From: Macrostomum hystrix
Lineage: Eukaryota; Animalia; Platyhelminthes
Assembly: GCA_950097015.1 (NCBI GenBank)
Contig: CATNEN010000034.1
Location: forward strand, 3,348,001 to 3,412,000
Length of the DNA stretch: 64,000 nt
Direction: 5' to 3'
Below the pieces are notes generated by a model. That model was not told the origin of the DNA. It made no database searches and saw nothing but the letters and a program-made list of their open reading frames with translations. Position numbers and translations under genes: made by a program. Positions 13,904-27,400 of this stretch are shown piece after piece; positions within the stretch are counted from its first letter, which is position 1; each line of letters starts with the position of its first letter.

Positions 13904-16900
13904 ATTTAGGATTGTCCTAGGAAATGACTGGTTTCTCATGGAGGATTGTCTTGTGACTGACTGGTTCTCATGGAGGATTGTCTTGGGACTGACTGGTTTT
14001 TCATGGAGGATTGTCTTGTGACTGACTGGTTTTCATGGAGGATTGTCTTGGGACTGACTGGTTTTTCATGGAGGATTGTCTTGGGACTTGGTTTCTCATG
14101 GAGGATTGTCTTGTGACTGACTGGTTTCTCATGGAGGATTGTCTTGGGACTGACTGGTTTTTCATGGAGGATTGTCTTGGGACTGACTGGTTTTCATGGA
14201 GGATTGTCTTGGGACTGACTGGTTTTTCATGGAGGATTGTCTTGGGACTGACTGGTTTTTCATGGAGGATTGTCTTGGGACTGACTGGTTTTTCTTGGAG
14301 GATTGTCTTGGGACTGACTGGTTTCTCATGGAGGATTGTCTTGGGACTGAACTGGTTTCTCATGGAGGATTGTCTTGGGACTGACTGGTTTCTCATGGAG
14401 GATTGTCTTGGGACTGACTGGTTTCTCATGGAGGATTGTCTTGGGACTGACTGGTTTTTTCATGGAGGATTGTCTTGGGACTGACTGGTTTCTCATTGAG
14501 GATTGTCTTGGGACTGACTGGTTTCTCATGGAGGATTGTCTTGGGACTGACTGGTTTCTCATGGAGGATTGTCTTGGGACTGACTGGTTGGTTTCTCATG
14601 GAGGATTGTCTTGGGACTGACTGGTTTCTCATTGAGGATTGTCTTGGAAATGACTGGTTTTTCTTGGAGGATTGTCTTGGACTGACTGGTTTCTCATGGA
14701 GGATTGTCTTGGGACTGACTGGTTTCTCATTGAGGATTGTCTTGGACTGACTGTTTTTTCATGGAGGATTGTCTTGGGACTGACTGGTTTCTCATGGAGG
14801 ATTGTCTTGGGACTGACTGGTTTTTCATGGAGGATTGTCTTGGGACTGACTGGTTTCTCATGGAGGATTGTCTTGGGACTGACTGGTTTCTCATTGAGGA
14901 TTGTCTAGGAATGACTGGTTTCTCATGGAGGATTGTCTTGGACTGACTGGTTTCTCATGGAGGATTGTCTTGTGACTGACTGGTTTCTCATGGAGGATTG
15001 TCTTGGGACTGACTGGTTTCTCATGGAGGATTGTCTTGGGACTGACTGGTTTTTCATGGAGGATTGTCTTGGGACTGACTGGTTTTTCCATGGAGGATTG
15101 TCTTGGGACTGACTGGTTTCTCATGGAGGATTGTCTTGGGACTGACTGGTTTCTCATTTAGGATTGTCTAGGAAATGACTGGTTTCTCATGGAGGATTGT
15201 CTTGTGACTGACTGGTTTCTCATGGAGGATTGTCTTGGGACTGACTGGTTTTTCATGGAGGATTGTCTTGTGACTGACTGGTTTTTCATGGAGGATTGTC
15301 TTGGGACTGACTGGTTTTTCATGGAGGATTGTCTTGGGACTGACTGGTTTCTCATGGAGGATTGTCTTGTGACTGACTGGTTTCTCATGGAGGATTGTCT
15401 TGGGACTGACTGGTTTTCATGGAGGATTGTCTTGGGACTGACTGGTTTTTCATGGAGGATTGTCTTGGGACTGACTGGTTTTTCATGGAGGATTGTCTTG
15501 GGACTGACTGGTTTTTCATGGAGGATTGTCTTGGGACTGACTGGTTTCTCATGGAGGATTGTCTTGGGACTGACTGGTTTCTCATAGAAGGATTGTCTTG
15601 GGACTGACTGGTTTCTCATTGAGGATTGTCTTGGGACTGACTGGTTTCTCATGGAGGATTGTCTTGGGACTGACTGTTTCTCATGGAGGATTGTCTTGGG
15701 ACTGACTGGTTTCTCATTGAGGATTGTCTAGGAAATGACTGGTTTCTCATGGAGGATTGTCTTGTGACTGACTGGTTTCTCATGGAGGATTGTCTTGGGA
15801 CTGACTGGTTTCTCATGGAGGATTGTCTTGGGACTGACTGGTTTCTCATGGAGGATTGTCTTGGGACTGACTGGTTTTTCATGGAGGATTGTCTTGGGAC
15901 TGACTGGTTTCTCATTGAGGATTGTCTTGGGACTGATTGGTTTCTCATTGAGGATTGTCTTGGGACTGACTGTTTTTTCATGGAGGATTGTCTTGGGACT
16001 GACTGGTTTCTCATGGAGGATTGTCTTGGGACTGACTGGTTTTTCATGGAGGATTGTCTTGGGACTGACTGGTTTCTCATGGAGGATTGTCTTGGGACTG
16101 ACTGGTTTCTCATTGAGGATTGTCTAGGAAATGACTGGTTTCTCATGGAGGATTGTCTTGGACTGACTGGTTTCTCATGGAGGATTGTCTTGGGACTGAC
16201 TGGTTTCTCATTGAGGATTGTCTAGGAAATGACTGGTTTCTCATGGAGGATTGTCTTGGACTGACTGGTTTCTCATGGAGGATTGTCTTGGGACTGACTG
16301 GTTTTTCATTGAGGATTGTCTTGGGACTGACTGGTTTTTCATTGAGGATTGTCTTGGGACTGACTGGTTTTTCATTGAGGATTGTCTTGGGACTGACTGG
16401 TTTCTCATGGAGGATTGTCTTGGGACTGACTGTTTCTCATGGAGGATTGTCTTGGGACTGACTGGTTTCTCATGGAGGATTGTCTTGGGACTGACTGGTT
16501 TTTCATGGAGGATTGTCTTGGGACTGACTGGTTTCTCATGGAGGATTGTCTTGTGACTGACTGGTTTCTCATGGAGGATTGTCTTGGGCTGACTGGTTTC
16601 TCATGGAGGATTGTCTTGGGACTGACTGGTTTTTCATGGAGGATTGTCTTGGGACTGACTGGTTTTTTCATGGAGGATTGTCTTGGGACTGACTGGTTTC
16701 TCATGGAGGATTGTCTTGGGACTGACTGGTTTCTCATTTAGGATTGTCTAGGAAATGACTGGTTTCTCATGGAGGATTGTCTTGTGACTGACTGGTTTCT
16801 CATGGAGGATTGTCTTGGGACTGACTGGTTTTCATGGAGGATTGTCTTGTGACTGACTGGTTTTTCATGGAGGATTGTCTTGGGACTGACTGGTTTTTCA

Positions 16901-19900
16901 TGAGGATTGTCTTGGGACTGACTGGTTTCTCATGGAGGATTGTCCTTGTGACTGACTGGTTTCTCATGGAGGATTGTCTTGGGACTGACTGGTTTTTCAT
17001 GGAGGATTGTCTTGGGACTGACTGGTTTTCATGGAGGATTGTCTTGGGACTGACTGGTTTTTCATGGAGGATTGTCTTGGGACTGACTGTTTTTCATGGA
17101 GGATTGTCTTGGACTGACTGGTTTTTCTTGGAGGATTGTCTTGGGACTGACTGGTTTCTCATGGAGGATTGTCTTGGGACTGACTGGTTTCTCATGGAGG
17201 ATTGTCTTGGGACTGACTGGTTTCTCATGGAGGATTGGTCTTGGGACTGACTGGTTTCTCATGGAGGATTGTCTTGGGACTGACTGGTTTTTCATGGAGG
17301 ATTGTCTTGGGGCTGACTGGTTTCTCATTGAGGATTGTCTTGGGACTGACTGGTTTCTCATGGAGGATTGTCTTGGGACTGACTGGTTTCTCATGGAGGA
17401 TTGTCTTGGGACTGACTGGTTTCTCATGGAGGATTGTCTTGGGACTGACTGGTTTCTCATTGAGGATTGTCTTGGAAATGACTGGTTTTTTCTTGGAGGA
17501 TTGTCTTGGGACTGACTGGTTTCTCATGGAGGATTGTCTTGGGACTGACTGGTTTCTCATTGAGGATTGTCTTGGGACTGACTGGTTTGGAGGATTGTCT
17601 TGGGACTGACTGGTTTTTCATGGAGGATTGTCTTGGGGACTGACTGGTTTTTCATGGAGGATTGTCTTGGGACTGACTGGTTTTTCATGGAGGATTGTCT
17701 TGGGACTGACCTGGTTTTTCATGGAGGATTGTCTTGGGACTGACTGGTTTCTCATGGAGGATTGTCTTGGGACTGACTGGTTTCTCATAGAGGATTGTCT
17801 TGGGACTGACTGGTTTCTCATTGAGGATTGTCTTGGGACTGACTGGTTTCTCATGGAGGATTGTCTTGGGACTGACTGGTTTCTCATGGAGGATTGTCTT
17901 GGGACTGACTGGTTTCTCATTGAGGATTGTCTAGGAAATGACTGGTTTTCTCATGGAGGATTGTCTTGTGACTGACTGGTTTCTCATGGAGGATTGTCTT
18001 GGGACTGACTGGTTTCTCATGGAGGATTGTCTTGGGACTGACTGGTTTCTCATGGAGGATTGTCTTGGGACTGACTGGTTTTTCATGGTCTTGGGACTGA
18101 CTGGTTTCTCATTGAGGATTTGTCTTGGGGACTGATTTGGTTTCTCATTGAGGATTGTCTTGGGGACTGACTGTTTTTTTTCATGAGGATTGTCTTGGGG
18201 ACTGACTGGTTTATCTCATGGAGGATTGTCTTGGGACTGACTGGTTTTTTCATGGAGGATTGTCTTGGGACTGACTGGTTTCTCATGGAGGATTGTCTTG
18301 GGACTGACTGGTTTCTCATTGAGGATTGTCTAGGAAATGACTGGTTTCTCATGGAGGATTGTCTTGGACTGACTGGTTTCTCATAGGAGGATTGTCTTGG
18401 GACTGACTGGTTTCTCATTGAGGATTGTCTAGGAAATGACTGGTTTCTCATGGAGGATTGTCTTGGACTGACTGGTTTCTCATGGAGGATTGTCTTGGGA
18501 CTGACTGGTTTTTCATTGAGGATTGTCTTGGGACTGACTGGTTTTCATTGAGGATTGTCTTGGGACGGACTGGTTTTTCATTGAGGATTGGGACTGACTG
18601 GTTTCTCATGGAGGATTGTCTTGGGACTGACTGGTTTCTCATGGAGGATTGTCTTGGGACTGACTGGTTTTCTCATGGAGGATTGTCTTGGGACTGACTG
18701 GTTTTTCATGGAGGATTGTCTTGGGACTGACTGGTTTCTCATGGAGGATTGTCTTGTGACTGACTGGTTTCTCATGGAGGATTGTCTTGGGACTGACTGG
18801 TTTCTCATGGAGGATTGTCTTGGGACTGACTGGTTTTTCATGGAGGATTGTCTTGGGAACTGACTGGTTTTTCATGGAGGATTGTCTTGGGACTGACTGG
18901 TTTCTCATGGAGGATTGTCTTGGGACTGACTGGTTTCTCATTTAGGATTGTCTAGGAAATGACTGGTTTCTCATGGAGGATTGTCTTGTGACTGACTGGT
19001 TTCTCATGGAGGATTGTCTTGGGACTGACTGGTTTTTCATGGAGGATTGTCTTGTGACTGACTGGTTTTTCATGGAGGATTGTCTTGGCTGACTGGTTTT
19101 TCATGGAGGATTGTCTTGGGACTGACTGTTTTCTCATGGAGGATTGTCTTGTGACTGACTGGGTTTCTCATGGAGGATTGTCTTGGGACTGACTGGTTTT
19201 TCATGGAGGATTGTCTTGGGACTGACTGGTTTTTCATGGAGGATTGTCTTGGGACTGACTGGTTTTTCATGGAGGATTGTCTTGGGACTGACTGGTTTTT
19301 CATGGAGGATTGTCTTGGGACTGACTGGTTTTTCTTGGAGGATTGTCTTGGGACTGACTGGTTTCTCATGGAGGATTGTCTTGGGACTGACTGGTTTCTC
19401 ATGGAGGATTGTCTTGGGACTGACTGGTTTCTCATGGAGGATTGTCTTGGGACTGACTGGTTTCCTCATGGAGGATTGTCTTGGGACTGACTGGTTTTTC
19501 ATGGAGGATTGTCTTGGGGCTGACTGGTTTCTCATTGAGGATTGTCTTGGGACTGACTGGTTTCTCATGGAGGATTGTCTTGGGACTGACTGGTTTCTCA
19601 TGGAGGATTGTCTTGGGACTGACTGGTTTCTCATGGAGGATTGTCTTGGGACTGACTGGTTTCTCATTGAGGATTGTCTTGGAAATGACTGGTTTTTCTT
19701 GGAGGATTGTCTTGGACTGACTGGTTTCTCATGGAGGATTGTCTTGGGACTGACTGGTTTCTCATTGAGGATTGTCTTGGGACTGACTGTTTTTTCATGG
19801 AGGATTGTCTTGGGACTGACTGGTTTCTCATGGAGGATTGTCTTGGGACTGACTGGTTTTTCATGGAGGATTGTCTTGGGACTGACTGGTTTCTCATGGA

Positions 19901-21440
19901 GGATTGTCTTGGGACTGACTGGTTTCTCATTGAGGATTGTCTAGGAAATGACTGGTTTCTCATGGAGGATTGTCTTGGACTGACTGGTTTCTCATGGAGG
20001 ATTGTCTTGTGACTGACTGGTTTCTCATGGAGGATTGTCTTGGGACTGACTGGTTTCTCATGGAGGATTGTCTTGGGACTGACTGGTTTTTCATGGAGGA
20101 TTGTCTTGGGACTGACTGGTTTTTCATGGAGGATTGTCTTGGGACTGACTGGTTTCTCATGGAGGATTGTCTTGGGACTGACTGGTTTCTCATTTAGGAT
20201 TGTCTAGGAAATGACTGGTTTCTCATGGAGGATTGTCTTGTGACTGACTGGTTTCTCATGGAGGATTGTCTTGGGACTGACTGGTTTTTCATGGAGGATT
20301 GTCTTGTGACTGACTGGTTTTTCATGGAGGATTGTCTTGGGACTGACTGGTTTTTCATGGAGGATTGTCTTGGGACTGACTGGTTTCTCATGGAGGATTG
20401 TCTTGTGACTGACTGGTTTCTCATGGAGGATTGTCTTGGGACTGACTGGTTTTTCATGGAGGATTGTCTTGGGACTGACTGGTTTTTCATGGAGGATTGT
20501 CTTGGGACTGACTGGTTTTTCATGGAGGATTGTCTTGGGACTGACTGGTTTTTCATGGAGGATTGTCTTGGGACTGACTGGTTTCTCGGAGGATTGTCTT
20601 GGGACTGACTGGTTTCTCATAGAGGATTGTCTTGGGACTGACTGGTTTCTCATTGAGGATTGTCTTGGGACTGACTGGTTTTCTCATGGAGGATTGTCTT
20701 GGGACTGACTGGTTTCTCATGGAGGATTGTCTTGGGACTGACTGGTTTCTCATTGAGGATTGTCTAGGAAATGACTGGTTTCTCATGGAGGATTGTCTTG
20801 TGACTGACTGGTTTCTCATGGAGGATTGTCTTGGGACTGACTGGTTTCTCATGGAGGATTGTCTTGGGACTGACTGGTTTCTCATGGAGGATTGTCTTGG
20901 GACTGACTGGTTTTTCATGGAGGATTGTCTTGGGACTGACTGGTTTCTCATTGAGGATTGTCTTGGGACTGATTGGTTTCTCATTGAGGATTGTCTTGGG
21001 ACTGACTGTTTTTTCATGGAGGATTGTCTTGGGACTGACTGGTTTCTCATGGAGGATTGTCTTGGGACTGACTGGTTTTTCATGGAGGGAGGATTGTCTT
21101 GGGACTGACTGGTTTCTCATGGAGGATTGTCTTGGGACTGACTGGTTTCTCATTGAGGATTGTCTAGGAAATGACTGGTTTCTCATGGAGGATTGTCTTG
21201 GACTGACTGGTTTCTCATGGAGGATTGTCTTGGGACTGACTGGTTTCTCATTGAGGATTGTCTAGGAAATGACTGGTTTCTCATGGAGGATTGTCTTGGG
21301 ACTGACTGGTTTCTCATTGAGGATTGTCTAGGAAATGACTGGTTTCTCATGGAGGATTGTCTTGGGACTGACTGGTTTCTCATTGAGGATTGTCTAGGAA
21401 ATGACTGGTTTCTCATGGAGGATTGTCTTGGACTGACTGG
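13904..21440. repeat. Higher-order duplication within the satellite, offset 5036 bp
   Basis: Rare markers recur at +5036: ATTTAG 13904/18940 and 15156/20192, GACTGT 14752/19788 and 15971/21007, GACTGATTGG 15931/20967. The right end is approximate. Confidence 0.8.
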
Positions 21441-24400
21441 TTTCTCATGGAGGATTGTCTTGGGACTGACTGGTTTTTCATTGAGGATTGTCTTGGGACT
21501 GACTGGTTTTTCATTGAGGATTGTCTTGGGACTGACTGGTTTTTCATGGAGGATTGTCTTGGGACTGACTGGTTTTTCATTGAGGATTTGTCTTGGGACT
21601 GACTGGTTTTTCATTGAGGATTGTCTTGGGACTGACTGGTTTCTCATGGAGGATTGTCTTGGGACTGACTGGTTTCTCATGGAGGATTGTCTTGGGACTG
21701 ACTGGTTTCTCATGGAGGATTGTCTTGGGACTGACTGGTTTTCATGGAGGATTGTCTTGGGACTGACTGGTTTCTCATGGAGGATTGTCTTGTGACTGAC
21801 TGGTTTCTCATGGAGGATTGTCTTGGGACTGACTGGTTTCTCATGGAGGATTGTCTTGGGACTGACTGGTTTTTCATGGAGGATTGTCTTGGGACTGACT
21901 GGTTTTTCATGGAGGATTGTCTTGGGACTGACTGGTTTCTCATGGAGGATTGTCTTGGGACTGACTGGTTTCTCATTTAGGATTGTCTAGGAAATGACTG
22001 GTTTCTCATGGAGGATTGTCTTGTGACTGACTGGTTTCTCATGGAGGATTGTCTTGGGACTGACTGGTTTTTCATGGAGGATTGTCTTGTGACTGACTGG
22101 TTTTTCATGGAGGATTGTCTTGGGACTGACTGGTTTTTCATGGAGGATTGTCTTGGGACTGACTGGTTTCTCATGGAGGATTGTCTTGTGACTGACTGGT
22201 TTCTCATGGAGGATTGTCTTGGGACTGACTGGTTTCTCATTGAAGATTGTCTTGTGACTGACTGGTTTCTCATGGAGGATTGTCTTGGGACTGACTGGTT
22301 TCTCATGGAGGATTGTCTTGGGACTGACTGGTTTCTCATTTAGGATTGTCTAGGAAATGACTGGTTTCTCATGGAGGATTGTCTTGTGACTGACTGGTTT
22401 CTCATGGAGGATTGTCTTGGGACTGACTGGTTTTTCATGGAGGATTGTCTTGTGACTGACTGGTTTTTCATGGAGGATTGTCTTGGGACTGACTGGTTTT
22501 TCATGGAGGATTGTCTTGGGACTGACTGGTTTCTCATGGAGGATTGTCTTGTGACTGACTGGTTTCTCATGGAGGATTGTCTTGGGACTGACTGGTTTCT
22601 CATTGAAGATTGTCTTGTGACTGACTGGTTTCTCATGGAGGATTGTCTTGGGACTGACTGGTTTCTCATGGAGGATTGTCTTGGGACTGACTGGTTTCTC
22701 ATGGAGGATTGTCTTGGGACTGACTGGTTTCTCATGGAGGATTGTCTTGGGACTGACTGGTTTCTCATGGAGGATTGTCTTGGGACTGACTGGTTTCTCA
22801 TTGAGGATTGTCTTGGGACTGACTGGTTTCTCATGGAGGATTGTCTTGGGACTGACTGGTTTCTCATGGAGGATTGTCTTGGGACTGACTGGTTTCTCAT
22901 GGAGGATTGTCTTGGGACTGACTGGTTTCTCATTGAGGATTGTCTTGGGACTGACTGGTTTCTCATGGAGGATTGTCTTGGGACTGACTGGTTTTTCATG
23001 GAGGATTGTCTTGGGACTGACTGGTTTCTCATTGAGGATTGTCTTGGGACTGACTGGTTTTTCATGGAGGATTGTCTTGGGACTGACTGGTTTCTCATGG
23101 AGGATTGTCTTGGGACTGACTGGTTTCTCATGGAGGATTGTCTTGGGACTGACTGGTTTTTCATGGAGGATTGTCTTGGGACTGACTGGTTTTTCATGGA
23201 GGATTGTCTTGGGACTGACTGGTTTTTCATGGAGGATTGTCTTGGGACTGACTGGTTTCTCATGGAGGATTGTCTTGGGACTGACTGGTTTCTCATTGAG
23301 GATTGTCTTGTGACTGACTGGTTTCTCATGGAGGATTGTCTTGGGACTGACTGGTTTCTCATGGAGGATTGTCTTGGGACTGACTGGTTTCTCATGGAGG
23401 ATTGTCTTGTGACTGACTGGTTTCTCATTGAGGATTGTCTTGGGACTGACTGGTTTTTCATGGAGGATTGTCTTGGGACTGACTGGTTTCTCATGGAGGA
23501 TTGTCTTGGGACTGACTGGTTTCTCATGGAGGATTGTCTTGGGACTGACTGGTTTCTCATTGAGGATTGTCTTGGGACTGACTGGTTTCTCATGGAGGAT
23601 TGTCTTGTGACTGACTGGTTTCTCATTGAGGATTGTCTTGGGACTGACTGGTTTCTCATTGAGGATTGTCTTGGGACTGACTGGTTTCTCATGGAGGATT
23701 GTCTTGGGACTGACTGGTTTTTCATGGAGGATTGTCTTGGGACTGACTGGTTTTTCATTGAGGATTGTCTTGGGACTGACTGGTTTCTCATGGAGGATTG
23801 TCTTGGGACTGACTGGTTTTTCATTGAGGATTGTCTTGTGACTGACTGGTTTCTCATTGAGGATTGTCTTGTGACTGACTGGTTTCTCATTGAGGATTGT
23901 CTTGGGACTGACTGGTTTCTCATGGAGGATTGTCTTGTGACTGACTGGTTTCTCATTGAGGATTGTCTTGGGACTGACTGGTTTCTCATGGAGGATTGTC
24001 TTGGGACTGACTGGTTTCTCATGGAGGATTGTCTTGGGACTGACTGGTTTTTCATTGAGGATTGTCTTGGGACTGACTGGTTTCTCATGGAGGATTGTCT
24101 TGGGACTGACTGGTTTTTCATGGAGGATTGTCTTGGGACTGACTGGTTTCTCATTGAGGATTGTCTAGGGACTGACTGGTTTCTCATGGAGGATTGTCTT
24201 GGGACTGACTGGTTTCTCATTGAGGATTGTCTTGGGACTGACTGGTTTCTCATGGAGGATTGTCTTGGGACTGACTGGTTTTTCATTGAGGATTGTCTTG
24301 GGACTGACTGGTTTCTCATGGAGGATTGTCTTGGGACTGACTGGTTTTTCATGGAGGATTGTCTTGGGACTGACTGGTTTCTCATTGAGGATTGTCTAGG

Positions 24401-27400
24401 GACTGACTGGTTTCTCATGGAGGATTGTCTTGGGACTGACTGGTTTCTCATGGAGGATTGTCTTGGGACTGACTGGTTTTTCATGGAGGATTGTCTTGGG
24501 ACTGACTGGTTTCTCATGGAGGATTGTCTTGTGACTGACTGGTTTCTCATGGAGGATTGTCTTGGGACTGACTGGTTTCTCATGGAGGATTGTCTTGGGA
24601 CTGACTGGTTTTTCATGGAGGATTGTCTTGGGACTGACTGGTTTTTCATGGAGGATTGTCTTGGGACTGACTGGTTTCTCATGGAGGATTGTCTTGGGAC
24701 TGACTGGTTTCTCATTTAGGATTGTCTAGGAAATGACTGGTTTCTCATGGAGGATTGTCTTGTGACTGACTGGTTTCTCATGGAGGATTGTCTTGGGACT
24801 GACTGGTTTTTCATGGAGGATTGTCTTGTGACTGACTGGTTTTTCATGGAGGATTGTCTTGGGACTGACTGGTTTTTCATGGAGGATTGTCTTGGGACTG
24901 ACTGGTTTCTCATGGAGGATTGTCTTGTGACTGACTGGTTTCTCATGGAGGATTGTCTTGGGACTGACTGGTTTCTCATTGAAGATTGTCTTGTGACTGA
25001 CTGGTTTCTCATGGAGGATTGTCTTGGGACTGACTGGTTTCTCATGGAGGATTGTCTTGGGACTGACTGGTTTCTCATGGAGGATTGTCTTGGGACTGAC
25101 TGGTTTCTCATGGAGGATTGTCTTGGGACTGACTGGTTTCTCATGGAGGATTGTCTTGGGACTGACTGGTTTTTCATGGAGGATTGTCTTGGGACTGACT
25201 GGTTTCTCATTGAGGATTGTCTTGGGACTGACTGGTTTCTCATTGAGGATTGTCTTGGGACTGACTGGTTTTTCATGGAGGATTGTCTTGGGACTGACTG
25301 GTTTCTCATGGAGGATTGTCTTGGGACTGACTGGTTTTTCATGGAGGATTGTCTTGGGACTGACTGGTTTCTCATTAAGGATTGTCTTGGGACTGACTGG
25401 TTTCTCATTGAGGATTGTCTTGGGACTGACTGGTTTCTCATTAAGGATTGTCTTAGGACTGACTGGTTTCTCATGGAGGATTGTCTTGGGACTGACTGGT
25501 TTTTCATGGAGGATTGTCTTGGGACTGACTGGTTTTTCATGGAGGATTGTCTTGGGACTGACTGGTTTTTCATGGAGGATTGTCTTGGGACTGACTGGTT
25601 TCTCATGGAGGATTGTCTTGGGACTGACTGGTTTCTCATGGAGGATTGTCTTGGGACTGACTGGTTTTTCATGGAGGATTGTCTTGGGACTGACTGGTTT
25701 TTCATGGAGGATTGTCTTGGGACTGACTGGTTTCTCATGGAGGATTGTCTTGGGACTGACTGGTTTCTCATGGAGGATTGTCTTGGGACTGACTGGTTTC
25801 TCATGGAGGATTGTCTTGGGACTGACTGGTTTCTCATGGAGGATTGTCTTGGGACTGACTGGTTTCTCATTGAGGATTGTCTTGGGACTGACTGGTTTTT
25901 CATTGAGGATTGTCTTGGGACTGACTGGTTTTTCATGGAGGATTGTCTTGGGACTGACTGGTTTTTCATGGAGGATTGTCTTGGGACTGACTGGTTTCTC
26001 ATGGAGGATTGTCTTGGGACTGACTGGTTTCTCATTGAGGATTGTCTTGGGACTGACTGGTTTCTCATGGAGGATTGTCTTGGGACTGACTGGTTTCTCA
26101 TGGAGGATTGTCTTGGGACTGACTGGTTTCTCATTGAGGATTGTCTTGGGACTGACTGGTTTTTCATTGAGGATTGTCTTGGGACTGACTGGTTTCTCAT
26201 TGAGGATTGTCTTGGGACTGACTGGTTTCTCATTGAGGATTGTCTTGGGACTGACTGGTTTCTCATTGAGGATTGTCTTGGGACTGACTGGTTTCTCATT
26301 GAGGATTGTCTTGGGACTGACTGGTTTCTCATGGAGGATTGTCTTGGGACTGACTGGTTTCTCATGGAGGATTGTCTTGGGACTGACTGGTTTCTCATGG
26401 AGGATTGTCTTGGGACTGACTGGTTTCTCATGGAGGATTGTCTTGGGACTGACTGGTTTCTCATGGAGGATTGTCTTGGGACTGACTGGTTTCTCATTGA
26501 GGATTGTCTTGGGACTGACTGGTTTTTCATGGAGGATTGTCTTGGGACTGACTGGTTTTTCATGGAGGATTGTCTTGGGACTGACTGGTTTCTCATGGAG
26601 GATTGTCTTGGGACTGACTGGTTTCTCATTGAGGATTGTCTTGGGACTGACTGGTTTTTCATGGAGGATTGTCTTGGGACTGACTGGTTTCTCATGGAGG
26701 ATTGTCTTGGGACTGACTGGTTTCTCATTGAGGATTGTCTTGGGACTGACTGGTTTCTCATGGAGGATTGTCTTGGGACTGACTGGTTTTTCATTGAGGA
26801 CTGTCTTGGGACTGACTGGATTTTCATGGAGGATTGTCTTGGGACTGACTGGTTTTTCATGGAGGATTGTCTTGGGACTGACTGGTTTTTCATGGAGGAT
26901 TGTCTTGGGACTGACTGGTTTTTCATGGAGGATTGTCTTGTGACTGACTGGTTTCTCATGGAGGATTGTCTTGGGACTGACTGGTTTCTCATGGAGGATT
27001 GTCTTGGGACTGACTGGTTTTTCATGGAGGATTGTCTTGGGACTGACTGTTTTTTCATGGAGGATTGTCTTGGCACTGACTGGTTTCTCATGGAGGATTG
27101 TCTTGGGACTGACTGGTTTCTCATTGAGGATTGTCTAGGAAATGACTGGTTTCTCATGGAGGATTGTCTTGTGACTGACTGGTTTCTCATGGAGGATTGT
27201 CTTGGGACTGACTGGTTTCTCATGGAGGATTGTCTTGGGACTGACTGGTTTTTCATGGAGGATTGTCTTGGGACTGACTGGTTTTTCATGGAGGATTGTC
27301 TTGGGACTGACTGGTTTTTCATGGAGGATTGTCTTGGGACTGACTGGTTTCTCATGGAGGATTGTCTTGTGACTGACTGGTTTCTCATTGAGGATTGTCT

